The notes beneath the pieces were generated by a model. It ran no database searches. It was not told where the DNA came from and saw only the letters and a program-made list of their open reading frames with translations. Of a DNA stretch of 17,090 nt, positions 1 through 10,062 are shown piece after piece. The DNA is from Octopus sinensis (Eukaryota): the NCBI RefSeq assembly GCF_006345805.1, contig NW_021825011.1, positions 1-17,090 of the forward strand, read 5' to 3'. Position numbers and translations under genes: made by a program. Positions within the stretch are counted from its first letter, which is position 1; each line of letters opens with the position of its first letter.

Positions 1-88
1 TGTATCTATATATATATATAATATATATGTATGTATATATATATCTATATATATATATATATATCTTGTATATATGTATATATATATA

Positions 89-152
<64 letters not shown>
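1..152. repeat. (TA)n microsatellite, interrupted
   Basis: Direct reading of the sequence. Confidence 0.97.
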
Positions 153-153
<1 letters not shown>

Positions 154-756
154 ACATGTGCGCGTTTCGTGTGTTTTGTGTGCGCACGGTATGTCCTACT
201 TGTCGCCTTTCTATTTTACAAGGTATTACATATTCTTGTTCTTCTCTTATATACTTTACAATAACTCCTCTCACACCATTGACCTTTTGCTACATTGTGA
301 CGTCATAACGGTCACATAATACGCCAATAAGAATTCGATGGACATTAATCTGTAACCTTAAACTCGAGTCATCTTTGATCACCTCCAAACACATATAAAC
401 AAGGTCATACTTTATTCGGAATCGACCCATTTCCTTTCAGCAGTTTCCATAACAAAATCTCTCATCCGTCCACAGTTTCTGAAATACGTAATATGACGAT
501 GCACTTCTGATGGGTATTTGGTTAGCATTTCTAGCAGATTAAATGGTTGTGTAGAGATTCATTCATTTACTCTAACACCAAAATAGTTTGTTAAGATCCT
601 TAATAATCCCTGGTGCTATGATTTGTTCTTCTGACACAAGAAGCAGTTTCGTTTTAGGCCTGCAAACTACCAATTAACTGAAAATCTGGTTGGGATTAAT
701 TCCATGTTGTTGTTGTTCTTGTTGTTGATAATAATAATATTACTGCACTCTTTCAA

Positions 757-990
757 GGCGGCGAGCTGGCAGAAGCGTTAGCACGCCGGGCGAAATGCTT
801 AGCGGTATTTCATCAACCGCTACGTTCTGAGTCAAATTCCGCCGAGGTCGACTTTGCCTTTCATCGTTTCCGGATCGATTAAATAAGTACCAGTTACGTA
901 CTGGGGTCGATATAATCGACTTAATCCGTTTTTTCTGTCCTTGTTTGTCCCCCGTCTGTGTAGCCCCTTCTGTGCAGTAAAGAAATAATA
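757..990 (+). mobile_element. SINE-A, near full length (tRNA-like head, tail type I)
   Basis: GGCGGCGAGCTGGCAGAA A-box-like start, GAGTCAAATTCC B-box-like motif, 5' GGCGG complementary to CCGCC after the B box. Colinear with the copy at 2349-2580. Confidence 0.88.
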
Positions 991-993
991 AAC

Positions 994-1100
994 TTAAGCA
1001 TGCCGGACAAAATGCTTAACCGTATTTCGTCTGTCGTTACCTTCTATGTTCAAATTCCGCCGAGGTCGACTTTGCCTTTTATCCTTTCGGGGTCGATTAG
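994..1100 (+). mobile_element. SINE-A internal fragment, tandem to previous copy
   Basis: GTTCAAATTCCGCCGAGGTCGACTTTGCCTTT matches the other SINE-A copies. Confidence 0.85.
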
Positions 1101-1115
1101 TATATGCAAGTGTAT

Positions 1116-1607
1116 ATGGGCAAGTGTCTTCTACTATAGCCTTGGGCCGACCAAAGCCTTGTAAATGGATTTGGTAGACGGAAACTGAGAGAAGCCCGTC
1201 GTATATATATATATATATATATATTTCAACAATTGAGGGCAAATTAATTAATTATTAATCAATTTCAACCAAGTGTTCAGTATGCAAAGGGACCATTCAA
1301 GGCGAGTATGCGGCAAAGTAATTATAATTTTACTAAGCCCTTGATATAATATAAGATATATATATATATATATACATATTTATGTGTGTATATATGTTTG
1401 TGTGTCTGTCTTTGCCCCCTCCCCCAACATCGCTTGACAACTGATGGTGGTGTGTTTATGTCCCCGTAACTTAGCGGTTCGGCAAAAGGGACCGATAGAA
1501 TAAGTACTAGGCTTGCAAATAATAAGTCCTTAGGTCGATTTGTTCGACTAAAGGCGGTGCTCCACCATGGCCGCAGTCAAATGAATGAAAAAATTAAAAG
1601 AGTAAAG
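1116..1607 (+). mobile_element. SINE-B lacking its head: core, internal (TA)/(GT) microsatellite, 3' half
   Basis: GGGCAAGTGTCTTCTACTATAGCC...GAAGCCCGTCG(TA)n, then TTTGCCCC...CGCTTGACAA...GGCGGTGCTCCACCATGGCCGCAG. Same module order as the reverse-complement copy at 4091-4585. Confidence 0.82.
1225..1357. other. Non-repetitive island inserted in the (TA)n tract of SINE-B
   Basis: TA arrays on both sides; absent from the equivalent tract of the 4091-4585 copy. Confidence 0.6.
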
Positions 1608-1685
1608 TACCACGCAAAAGAACTGAACCTGAAACCATGAGGTTTAGGCAGCGGCCTTCTCACCACAGAGCCTCGCCTGTGCCTA
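1608..1685 (-). mobile_element. SINE-B tRNA-like head fragment
   Basis: Reverse complement TAGGCACAGGCGAGGCTCTGTGGTGAGAAG...GGTTCAGTTC aligns to the heads at 4585-4535 and 10217-10150. Confidence 0.75.
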
Positions 1686-2348
1686 TTCGTTATATATTTG
1701 TTTATTCATTCGATACTTTTCTAGATGTTGTTGTTATTGTTCGTTAAATTTTTAATCTAGCGAAAAATTATATTTAGGAACGGAATTAATGTTTACTAAT
1801 TTATTAATAAATTTCTGGGCTTTTTATTAAAATTATTTTTAAAATAATTTCTTCCGAACATATCGATAAGTTAACTTTGATGTCCATATTTGCTAATCTA
1901 GTGATACATTATGTGTGCATATACTAATCTGCTAATTATTCACCGTTTTGATCAATCTATTTACTAATTTAACGACTCCAATCTTTAAAATCATGTTTAA
2001 GTTTTAATATCTCATTCTGATTTCTTATCTGAAAATCAATGCAATGGAAGTGCCACTGTGTGTTGTGTGGGGTACAAATTAGCAACGACGGACTTGGATA
2101 TTGTCGTTCTCGTCATTGTAGTTGCTATTGTTATCGTTTTGATTATTATTATTATTTTTACTGTTGAGAATATTGTCGTTAGTTTTGTCATTGGTATTTT
2201 TGCCATCGTATTCGTTTTCTTTTCCGTTTGATAGACAGAAATTGTCATTTAATCCTCCAGCTCAGGGTATATTAGTCATATCTATAACGAAAGACATTCG
2301 AGTCGTGACCAAACCAACATTTCTCAAAATGCAAAATATGTTTGCACG

Positions 2349-2615
2349 GGCGGCGAGCTGGCAGAAACGTTAGCACGCCCGGCGAAATGTTTAGCGGTAT
2401 TTCGTCTGCGTTACGTTGTGAGTTCAAATTCCGCCGAGGTCGACTTTGCCTTTCATCCTTTCGGGGTCGATAAATTAAGTACCAGTCACGCACTGGTGTC
2501 GATGTAATCGACTTAATCCGTTTGTCCTTGTTTGTCCCCTCTATGTTTAGCCCCTTGTGGGCAATAAAGAAATAAGAAAAGTAACGATCTTGATTTTTAG
2601 TAAAAAAAAAATAAT
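2349..2615 (+). mobile_element. SINE-A full length with 14-bp target-site duplication
   Basis: Intact A-box and GAGTTCAAATTCC B-box motifs; AATATGTTTGCACG at 2335-2348 and 2616-2629. Confidence 0.92.
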
Positions 2616-2860
2616 AATATGTTTGCACGTGCTACAACGAACGTCCATCTTTTATTTTAACACACCATACAGCCTCCTGTGGAATTCTGGGAATTTTGAG
2701 GCGCAATATCTTGCTGATCACATGACCCCCCCAGAGAGCAATGATACTGAACATATGACACTTGTATAATTAATGTCATACCCCAGGTTTCTTGGTGACA
2801 CGCGATGAAATTTGAACTAAATTCCGCCTGTTGTATTATGTTATAAAATGCCTATGCATA

Positions 2861-3112
2861 GGCGTATGCGTAATTGGGTGGTAGTAAATTTCTTTCCCAG
2901 CCATATGGTTTCGTGTTCAGTTCCTGCCTAGTACCTTGTGCAGGTATCTTCTACCATATCCCATGCTGACCAAAGATTTGTGGGTAAATTTTGTAAATGA
3001 GAATTGAAAAAAGATCGCCATATATATGTGTATGTGTGTGTGTGCACATGTGTGCGCTTGCGCATGCGTGTGTGTGAGTGCGTCTATTCCTCTCCCATCG
3101 CCGCTTAAACAA
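2861..3112 (+). mobile_element. Diverged SINE-B (head, core, microsatellite, start of 3' half)
   Basis: Colinear but degenerate match: CCCAGCCATATGGTTTCGTGTTCAGTTCC...CTGACCAAAGATTTGTG...(GT)n...CGCTTAAACAA. Confidence 0.65.
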
Positions 3113-3185
3113 GAATAATAAATTTGTACTCTACATTCGATAACTGTAATTTGCATTTCCTATAACTGAAGGTAAAATACAAAAA

Positions 3186-3222
3186 CAAACACACACACAC
3201 ACACACACACAACACACACAGA

Positions 3223-3292
<70 letters not shown>

Positions 3293-3405
3293 TATAATAT
3301 ATACATATATACATACACACACACACATATATATAGATATATATATATATATATCCATGTATATATGTGTATATATATATATATATATACATATATACAA
3401 CACAC

Positions 3406-3468
<63 letters not shown>

Positions 3469-3510
3469 ATATATCTAATAGATGTATGTATGTATGTGTG
3501 TGTGTGTGTT
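3186..3510. repeat. Compound (CA)n/(TA)n/(GT)n microsatellite
   Basis: Direct reading. Confidence 0.95.
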
Positions 3511-3515
3511 TGTGA

Positions 3516-3625
3516 GTGGAGGCGAAATGGCCCGGTGGTTAGGGCAGCGGACACACGGTTGCAGGATCGCGGTTTCGATTCCCAGACCGGGCGTTGTGAG
3601 TGTTTATTGAGCCACAGAAAACACC
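3516..3625 (+). mobile_element. SINE-C 5' fragment (tRNA-Arg-like head)
   Basis: GTGGAGGCGAAATGGCCCGGTGGTTAGGG...GGTTTCGATTCCCAGACCGG...GTGAGTGTTTATTGAGC matches 13395-13500. Confidence 0.85.
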
Positions 3626-3726
3626 GTCGGTATCTACATATCAAATTTGAGTGCAATCGGATGGAGGATGCTCGAGATCCTAGAAGACATACACTCAGAC
3701 ACACAGAACGGATTTTATATAATAGA
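3626..3726 (-). mobile_element. Probable non-autonomous Helitron 5' end
   Basis: Minus strand reads A|TCTATTATATAAAATCCGTTCTGTGTGTCTG...CCGATTGCACTCAAATTTGATATGTAGATA: a 5'-TC start after A, with the layout typical of short invertebrate Helitrons. No 3' CTRR end or hairpin found. Confidence 0.45.
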
Positions 3727-3818
3727 TATATGAATGTATGTATGTATGTACGCACGTCCATACGTATGTATGTATGCATGTATGTGTATATATTCATTTA
3801 TTTATTTCTTTATGTATA

Positions 3819-3926
3819 GACACAGGAGGAGCTGCGTGTTAAGAAACCTGCTACGGGTTCAGCACCAAAGCGTGCAACTTGGGCGAAAGTTGCTATTTGG
3901 AAGAAGGAAACTGAAAGGAAACCGTC

Positions 3927-3928
<2 letters not shown>
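3819..3928 (+). mobile_element. SINE-B 5' half with internal deletions
   Basis: CAGGAGGAGCTGCGTGTTAAGAA...GGGTTCAG...CTTGGGC...GGAAACTGAAAGGAAACCGTCG followed by (TA)n. Confidence 0.65.
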
Positions 3929-4023
<95 letters not shown>

Positions 4024-4088
4024 ATATATATATATATATGTATATATATACAGAGAGAGAGAGAGAGAGAGATAGAGACAGAGAGAGA
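3928..4088. repeat. (TA)n followed by (GA)n microsatellite
   Basis: Direct reading. Confidence 0.95.
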
Positions 4089-4090
4089 AA

Positions 4091-4327
4091 CTGCGGCTAT
4101 GCTGGAGCACCGCCTTTTAGTCGAAGAAATCGACCCGAGGACTTATTGTTTTTAAGCCTTGTACTTATTCTATCTGTCATTGTGCTGAATAGCTAATTAC
4201 GGGTATGTGAACCCTCTGATATCAGTTGTCAAGCGATGGTGGGGGACAAACACAGACATAAAGAGGCACACACACATACATCATATATAATAATATATAT
4301 ATACATATATATAATATATCTATATAG

Positions 4328-4383
<56 letters not shown>

Positions 4384-4585
4384 TATATATATATATATAT
4401 ATATATAATGTATATATACGAAGGGCTTCTTTCATTTCCGTCTACCAATCTGCTCACAAGGCTTTGGTCTGCCCGTGGCTATAGTAGAAGGCACTTGCCC
4501 AAGTTGCCAGCGTAGTTGCCCAAGGTGCCCAAGGGACCAGAACCATATAGTTAGGAAGCAAGCTTCTTATTACACAGCCACGCCT
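4091..4585 (-). mobile_element. SINE-B near full length (head, core, internal (TA)n/(GT)n, 3' half)
   Basis: All modules present in order on the minus strand; most complete copy in the window. Confidence 0.87.
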
Positions 4586-4705
4586 AAAGATTTTACATTC
4601 GTGTATACAACTTGCATTATGCTCTTTAAAGCCCGTTGTCAGTATTCCGTTACCTGATGTCAAAAACTGTATAATATGTTAGGATTTCCTTTATGTCCGT
4701 ACAGT

Positions 4706-4800
4706 TTACACACATACACAAACACACACAAAATATACCACACACACACGCACACACACACACACAAACACACACATACATACAAGTATATACACATATA
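4706..4800. repeat. Degenerate (CA)n tract
   Basis: Direct reading. Confidence 0.85.
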
Positions 4801-4914
4801 ATGCAGATACCGCCCGCAGAGTGCGGTAGTTAATAGAATTCATTCTTTTCTCTACGGCCCGTTACCAAATGATTGAATCAAATGCCATTGGCCATTGACA
4901 CTATCTATGTACTA

Positions 4915-5015
4915 TGTGCGTGCGCGTATGCGTATGTGAGCATGTGTGCGTGTGCTCGCACGCACGCGGGTGAGAAAGAGCGAGTCAGAGAGAGAGAGTG
5001 CATGTGAGAGAGAGT
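4915..5015. repeat. Alternating purine-pyrimidine (GT/GC) tract followed by (GA)n
   Basis: Direct reading. Confidence 0.8.
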
Positions 5016-5720
5016 CTGTGAGCGACGTAATGTCCCACACGAACTTGCTTAGAAATTGCTAATTGTGTATGCAAGCAGTGTATGAGAATTAATTAGGCGA
5101 TTTAAGCAGTGATAACACCTATTATAATGCCGTGTTCAACAACAAAAATTGGTGTCAATTAAACGGAATATAATTTTAAAATTGAAGCTTAACAATTCTT
5201 GACATGACAAATTAGTGTTTACCGAAAATTCGGGTAATTAGATACAGCATGTTTACAGTCGTAATTCTTACTTCTATTATAACTACTATTACTGGGGGTT
5301 GTTCCCACCTTCGCCGCCGCCTGCTGCTGCTATTCAATGTTGCAGAGGAAAAGGAGAATGATGGGGCGGGGGGAAATAGAGATCGATTATTAAATTGCTG
5401 TCGATGTTTAACGTCAGGTCAGCATTTTCCAAAAGTGCTCCACTCTCGACCAGCATTTGTCGTATCCCAGAACGCGTGTGTTATCGAAAATGCGCCATAC
5501 ACACACACACACACACACACGTATATATGGTTGGGGGACCACTCAACGCAACACTTTTTTTCTTCTTTCCATTGTCTCTATATTTATTTCCTCTTCTGTT
5601 CTGTCGAAGTGCATAGGTTGGAAACGTCGAAAATCTTTCCATATTTTCAGAGCGTGAAACTAATACACTTGCTTGTTGTTACTACACCTGTTTTCGCTTT
5701 GTCTTTCTATAAATTTGAAC

Positions 5721-5722
<2 letters not shown>

Positions 5723-5771
<49 letters not shown>

Positions 5772-5792
5772 TAGAGAGAGAGAGAGAGAGAG
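5723..5792. repeat. (TA)n/(GA)n microsatellite
   Basis: Direct reading. Confidence 0.95.
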
Positions 5793-6372
5793 ATACACCA
5801 ACTTCTGCTATTAAGTGAGACATGCACGGGTCCTACACTGGCCGAAACCTTAAAAGTCATATATACATATTTCTGCGTGAGTTTAAGTTTGAGAAACCAA
5901 CTAAGGGATAGTACCTATCCAAAATACTGCTGGTAGTGTACCCAATTATTCAAACCCAAGTGCTAGTTATTGCGTGGCAATATTGCAATTGAGTGTTATA
6001 TATGGGCGGAGGTAAAAAGTGGTTTACCCTTGATATATACGGCAAATAACAAGGTGGAAAGGATACAAGATATCTATTTATTCCATTGTATTGCATGAAT
6101 AGATGCACATGTATTAGTGCTACAAATGATCAAATAGAAAGAGTTGGTAATTGCAAAAACAGGGGTTGTGGAAGCATATAATCATATAGGAACAAGTGTT
6201 TAATTACATAAATGAACAAATGAGGAAAAGAGTAAATGAACAGATTGTCAGTAAAACCGGATGGGTGTGTAGGTGCTAGTTCAAGGAGAGCAATTTGAAT
6301 AGGTTGAAGGAAATACTTGAAACAAGGATGGTTATTCATGTTGGAGAATTGACTGTAACATAGACTGTAACA

Positions 6373-6731
6373 TTGGATGGAACCTACACTCGCCTCCTTA
6401 TGAGAGCTCAAAATCTCTCGTGGAAGCGCCATCCAACCAAAATGCAAATATATGGGAAACTACCACCTGTGTCATCTCTTGTGAAAGGTAGGAGAGTCCA
6501 GTTTGCTGGACATTGTTGTAGAGCTGAAAAAGAGGTAATTTCTACTCTTCTCCCCTGGAAGCCATCTACTCGCAATACCAGAGGGCGGACACTCTCCTAC
6601 CCTGATGTAATCTCCAGGGATACAGGCATCCATCGACAGGACCTCGGTAGTGCTATGATGGACCATGAAGTCTTGCGTAGCATGGTAAATTCCATTGTCT
6701 CGACCACGGTCGAACAATGATGATGATGATG
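6373..6731 (+). mobile_element. 5'-truncated RTE-clade LINE, ORF C-terminus plus (TGA)n tail
   Basis: LDGTYTRLL...RRVQFAGHCCRAE...RGRTLSYPDVISRDTG...AMMD matches the post-RT C-terminal region of RTE/RTE-X elements. The ORF stop runs into a TGA tandem tail; flanking direct repeat GTAACATAGA at 6355-6364 and 6731-6740. Confidence 0.85.
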
Positions 6732-6800
6732 TAACATAGAAGATGCATCAGACAGTATGAAATAGGATGAACTAATTGAAAAATACAGTATGGATATGCT

Positions 6801-6967
6801 GGTTCAAATTCCGCCGAGGTCGACTTTGCCTGTCCCCGTTTCGGGGTCGAGAAATGAAGTACCTGATGAACACGGGGTTTGGGGGTCGATGTAATCGACA
6901 CATCGCCTCCCCACCACCCCTACAAATTGCTGCCCTTTTTGGGTAGCAATTTTGAAACCATTATTAT
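6801..6967 (+). mobile_element. SINE-A 3' fragment with tail type II
   Basis: GGTTCAAATTCCGCCGAGGTCGACTTTGCC...GTCGATGTAATCGAC...TTTGAAACCATTATT. Confidence 0.8.
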
Positions 6968-8062
6968 CATCATCAGCAGCAGCAGCATCAACATAGTCGT
7001 TTTTATCGTTGTTGTTGTTGTTGTTGTAGTTATTGCCGATCTTGCTATTCGTGCCTCGCTTCCTCATAATTTTCTTTCTGCTGCCGCTGCTGCTGCTGTC
7101 GGGGTTGTTGTTGTTGTTGCTGTTGTTGTTATTGTTGTTGTCGTTGTCACCGTTCTTGTTATTTTACTTGCTTTCGTTGTTGTTGTTGTTGTTTTGTTTA
7201 TGTTGTTGCTACAACGGTTGTATCGCTTTACGTGTTGCTCTGTTGTTGTTGTTGGTGTTGTTGTTGTTGGTGGTAGTGGTGGTGATGGCGGTGTTGATGG
7301 TAGTGGAATGCTTTTGTTATCTTTGTCGTTGAAGTTGTTGTTGTTGTTGTTGTTGTTGTTGTGTGGCTTTTGTTGTTGTCGTTCTAAGTGTTGTTGTTGT
7401 TGTTGTTGTTGTTGGTGGTGTTGTTGGTGGTGGTGGTGGTGGTGGTGCTTCAATTTTTGTTGCTCTTGTTACTGCTACTGCTGCTTGTGGTGGCGGTGCT
7501 GGTGGGGTTGGCGCTGATGGTGGTGGGCTGCTGGTGGTGCTGCTGCTATTGGTGGTGGTGGTCATGTTGCTACTGCTGCTGCTGCTAGTGGTAGCGTTGG
7601 TGGCGGAGGTGGTGTGGTGGTGGTGCTGGTGGTGCTGGTGCTGGTGCAGGTGGTGTGGTGGTGGTGGTGGTGGCGCTGGTTGTGGTGCAGGTGGTGTGGT
7701 GGTGGTGGTAGTGGTGGTGTGGTGGTGGTGGTGGTGGTGGTGTGGTGGTGCAAGTGGTGTGGTGGTGGTGGTGGCGCTGGTGGTGGTGCAGGTGGTGTGG
7801 TGGTGGCGGTGGTGGTGGTGCTGGTGATGGTGGTGGTGGTAGCGCTGGTGGTGGTGCAGGTGGTGTGGTGGTGGTGGTGGTGGTGGTGGCGTTGGTGCTG
7901 GTGCAGGTGGTGTGGTGTGGTGGGGGGGACGTGGTGCTGGTGGTGCTGGTGGTTTGGTGGTGGTGGTGGTGGTGGTGGTAGTGGTGGCGCTGGTGGTGGT
8001 GGTGTAGGTGGTGTGGTGGTCGTGGTGGTAGTGGTGGCGCTGGTGGTGGTGGTGGTGGTGCC
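6960..8062 (+). repeat. Compound trinucleotide low-complexity block (ATT/CAT/CAG, then GTT, then GGT)
   Basis: Direct reading; the + strand is strongly G/T rich. Confidence 0.95.
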
Positions 8063-8835
8063 GTTCTTGTTACAGCTCATAGTGTATTGTTTTACTTGTT
8101 GTTGTCGCTTGATAAAACGATGAAAGCCGATGAGTAGTTGATAATATAACATAAAACAGAAAAACAAACACACATACACACCAAAAACAAAACAAAAAAA
8201 AGAACAATAAATGATAAATAAATAACAAAATAAATAAGATGGATGATCCACCGAGCAGCGTTTATTTGATAACATCAAACATTGGAATTTCTTCTTTCTT
8301 TATCATTTTCATTTTCGTTTTTGCGTTCGAGAATGTTCTCTTAGAGTTGACCGATGGGAATTTAATTTCCGGCCGATGGCATCTCTGATCGATATCAAAG
8401 CAGATCAATAAGAAATTGGTATGTTTTGCCAAAAACTGCTGGAACTACCACTGGCACTTAAGACTGTTCTAACGCGATAACGTTGAGAAGAGAATTGCAG
8501 AAAAGTCGAAGAATGGTAGAAAGTTAGTGTGGAATTAACATGGAGGTTTTATATGATTATTTCGAACATACGTATGTTATAAGCTTGCTCAACATAGCCA
8601 GGCATGTAGAAAATAGTTCTTAGGAAACATATGGTGCGAGTTAGAAGAAACACACTATGCAAAAAAGGTAATTTAGAGCAAGCATGTGTTCTTAGAAGCT
8701 TAAGCGAATCGTGTATTTAATTCCTGTATTAAATCCGAAATAAAGAATGGCGTTAAGGAATAGCAAAGCAAAGCATAGGAAAACATAGAAAAGAATATCA
8801 GACTACGGCTGAGTACAGAATAGGAATTTTGTCGT

Positions 8836-9050
8836 TTCTTTTACATCTGTCGTTCATTAGACTGCGGCCATGCTGGGGCACCGACTTGAATTTTTAGTTG
8901 AATGAATCGATCCTAGTATTTTCTGGGGTTTTTTTTTTTTTCACCCTTAAAGTCTGGTACTTATTCTACCGGTTTCGAAAACGGAACTGCAAAATCAGGG
9001 CATGTAAACATATCAACACCGGTTGCCAAGCAGTGGTAGGGGACAAATAC
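8836..9050 (-). mobile_element. SINE-B 3' half
   Basis: CTGCGGCCATGCTGGGGCACCG...GGTACTTATTCTA...GGTTGCCAAGCAGTGGTAGGGGACAAA is the reverse complement of the 1400-1600 module. Confidence 0.8.
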
Positions 9051-9055
9051 ACACA

Positions 9056-9088
<33 letters not shown>

Positions 9089-9120
9089 CACACAAACACA
9101 AGCACATGTATGGGTCTCTG

Positions 9121-9198
9121 GTATTGCTTCCCAACCATATGGTTCTAGGTTCAGTCCCACTGTGTGGCAACGTTGGTAAGTGTCTTTTATTATAGCCT
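9121..9198 (+). mobile_element. SINE-B head/core fragment
   Basis: TTGCTTCCCAACCATATGGTTCTAGGTTCAGTCCCACTG...AAGTGTCTTTTATTATAGCC. Confidence 0.8.
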
Positions 9199-9271
9199 TT
9201 TATTATGAAATCCTACAAATATAGGGTGTGTTATGAATATTTATAGAACACGTATCCTATAGAAACTCAAC

Positions 9272-9340
<69 letters not shown>
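9272..9340. repeat. (TA)n microsatellite
   Basis: Direct reading. Confidence 0.97.
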
Positions 9341-9342
<2 letters not shown>

Positions 9343-9343
<1 letters not shown>

Positions 9344-9578
9344 ATCTTATAATTAAGGGCTAAAGAAGTTATTCTATAGCCAATACACTGATTTATCCAC
9401 TTATAATCCACTTGTTACAGGAAAATTGAACTGAAAGCGGGCAACTAATTTCTAAATTAATTTTCTAAAGGTTAGTTGCCAACTTTCAGTTCAATTTTCC
9501 TGTAACAAGTGGATTATAAGTGGATAAATCAGTGTATTGGCTATAGAATAACCTTCTTTAGCCCTTAATTATAAGATG
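9343..9578. repeat. Long inverted repeat (fold-back), ~106-bp arms, 23-nt loop
   Basis: 9343-9448 is the reverse complement of 9472-9578, with one 1-nt indel and one 2-nt mismatch by my manual alignment. Confidence 0.95.
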
Positions 9579-9673
9579 CTTATACTTCAACCGTAAAAGT
9601 TTTTTTAATATACTGCCACGCTTTTTGATGGAATCCTTTTCTGTAGAGAAAGGGACTTCATCCTATATTGTTA

Positions 9674-9674
<1 letters not shown>

Positions 9675-9741
<67 letters not shown>

Positions 9742-9767
9742 TATGCGTGTGTATATGCATGTATATA

Positions 9768-9805
<38 letters not shown>

Positions 9806-9817
9806 GTACATATGTAA

Positions 9818-9848
<31 letters not shown>

Positions 9849-9872
9849 ATATACACATACATGCACATATAT
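9675..9872. repeat. Interrupted (TA)n microsatellite
   Basis: Direct reading. Confidence 0.95.
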
Positions 9873-10057
9873 AACCACCGCATGTCCAACCATTTCTGGT
9901 GTGTTTATGTCCTCATAAACTTAGAGGTTTGACACAATACGGATAGAATTAGCACCAGACTTTCAAAAAATACCTACTCGGGTGGATCCGTTCGACAACA
10001 ATTTGTGAATGTGGTGCTCCAGAATGGCCGCAGTTTAATGACTGATAAAAAATAAAA
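9873..10057 (+). mobile_element. Diverged SINE-B 3' half
   Basis: CTGGTGTGTTTATGTCC...GATAGAATTAGCACCAG...GTGGTGCTCCAGAATGGCCGCAGTTTAATGACTGA. Confidence 0.78.
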
Positions 10058-10062
10058 TGCAC

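Noticed and set aside
298-305. CRE palindrome TGACGTCA
   Set aside because: A single 8-mer with no promoter context; chance occurrence is plausible.
5249-5818. 189-aa ORF
   Set aside because: Crosses (CA)n, (TA)n and (GA)n tracts; no recognisable motif or codon pattern.
5825-5865. Hammerhead-ribozyme-like GGTC-loop-GGCC-GAAAC...GTC
   Set aside because: The required CTGANGA core is absent upstream of stem II; at best a decayed remnant.
7600-8060. CRISPR-like repeat-spacer reading of the GGT landmarks
   Set aside because: Spacers are GGT repeats rather than unique sequence; eukaryotic context; no cas genes.
6879-8278. Long ORFs on both strands resembling Gly-rich or Pro/Thr-rich (mucin or extensin-like) proteins
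   Set aside because: Trinucleotide repeats lack stops by composition; recurrent frameshifts in the repeat units; the block starts in a SINE tail.
8332-8424. Plus-strand candidate exon between a pyrimidine tract and GTATGT
   Set aside because: Stops in all three frames.
9221-9260. Imperfect small hairpin
   Set aside because: Short, gapped and AT-rich; expected by chance.
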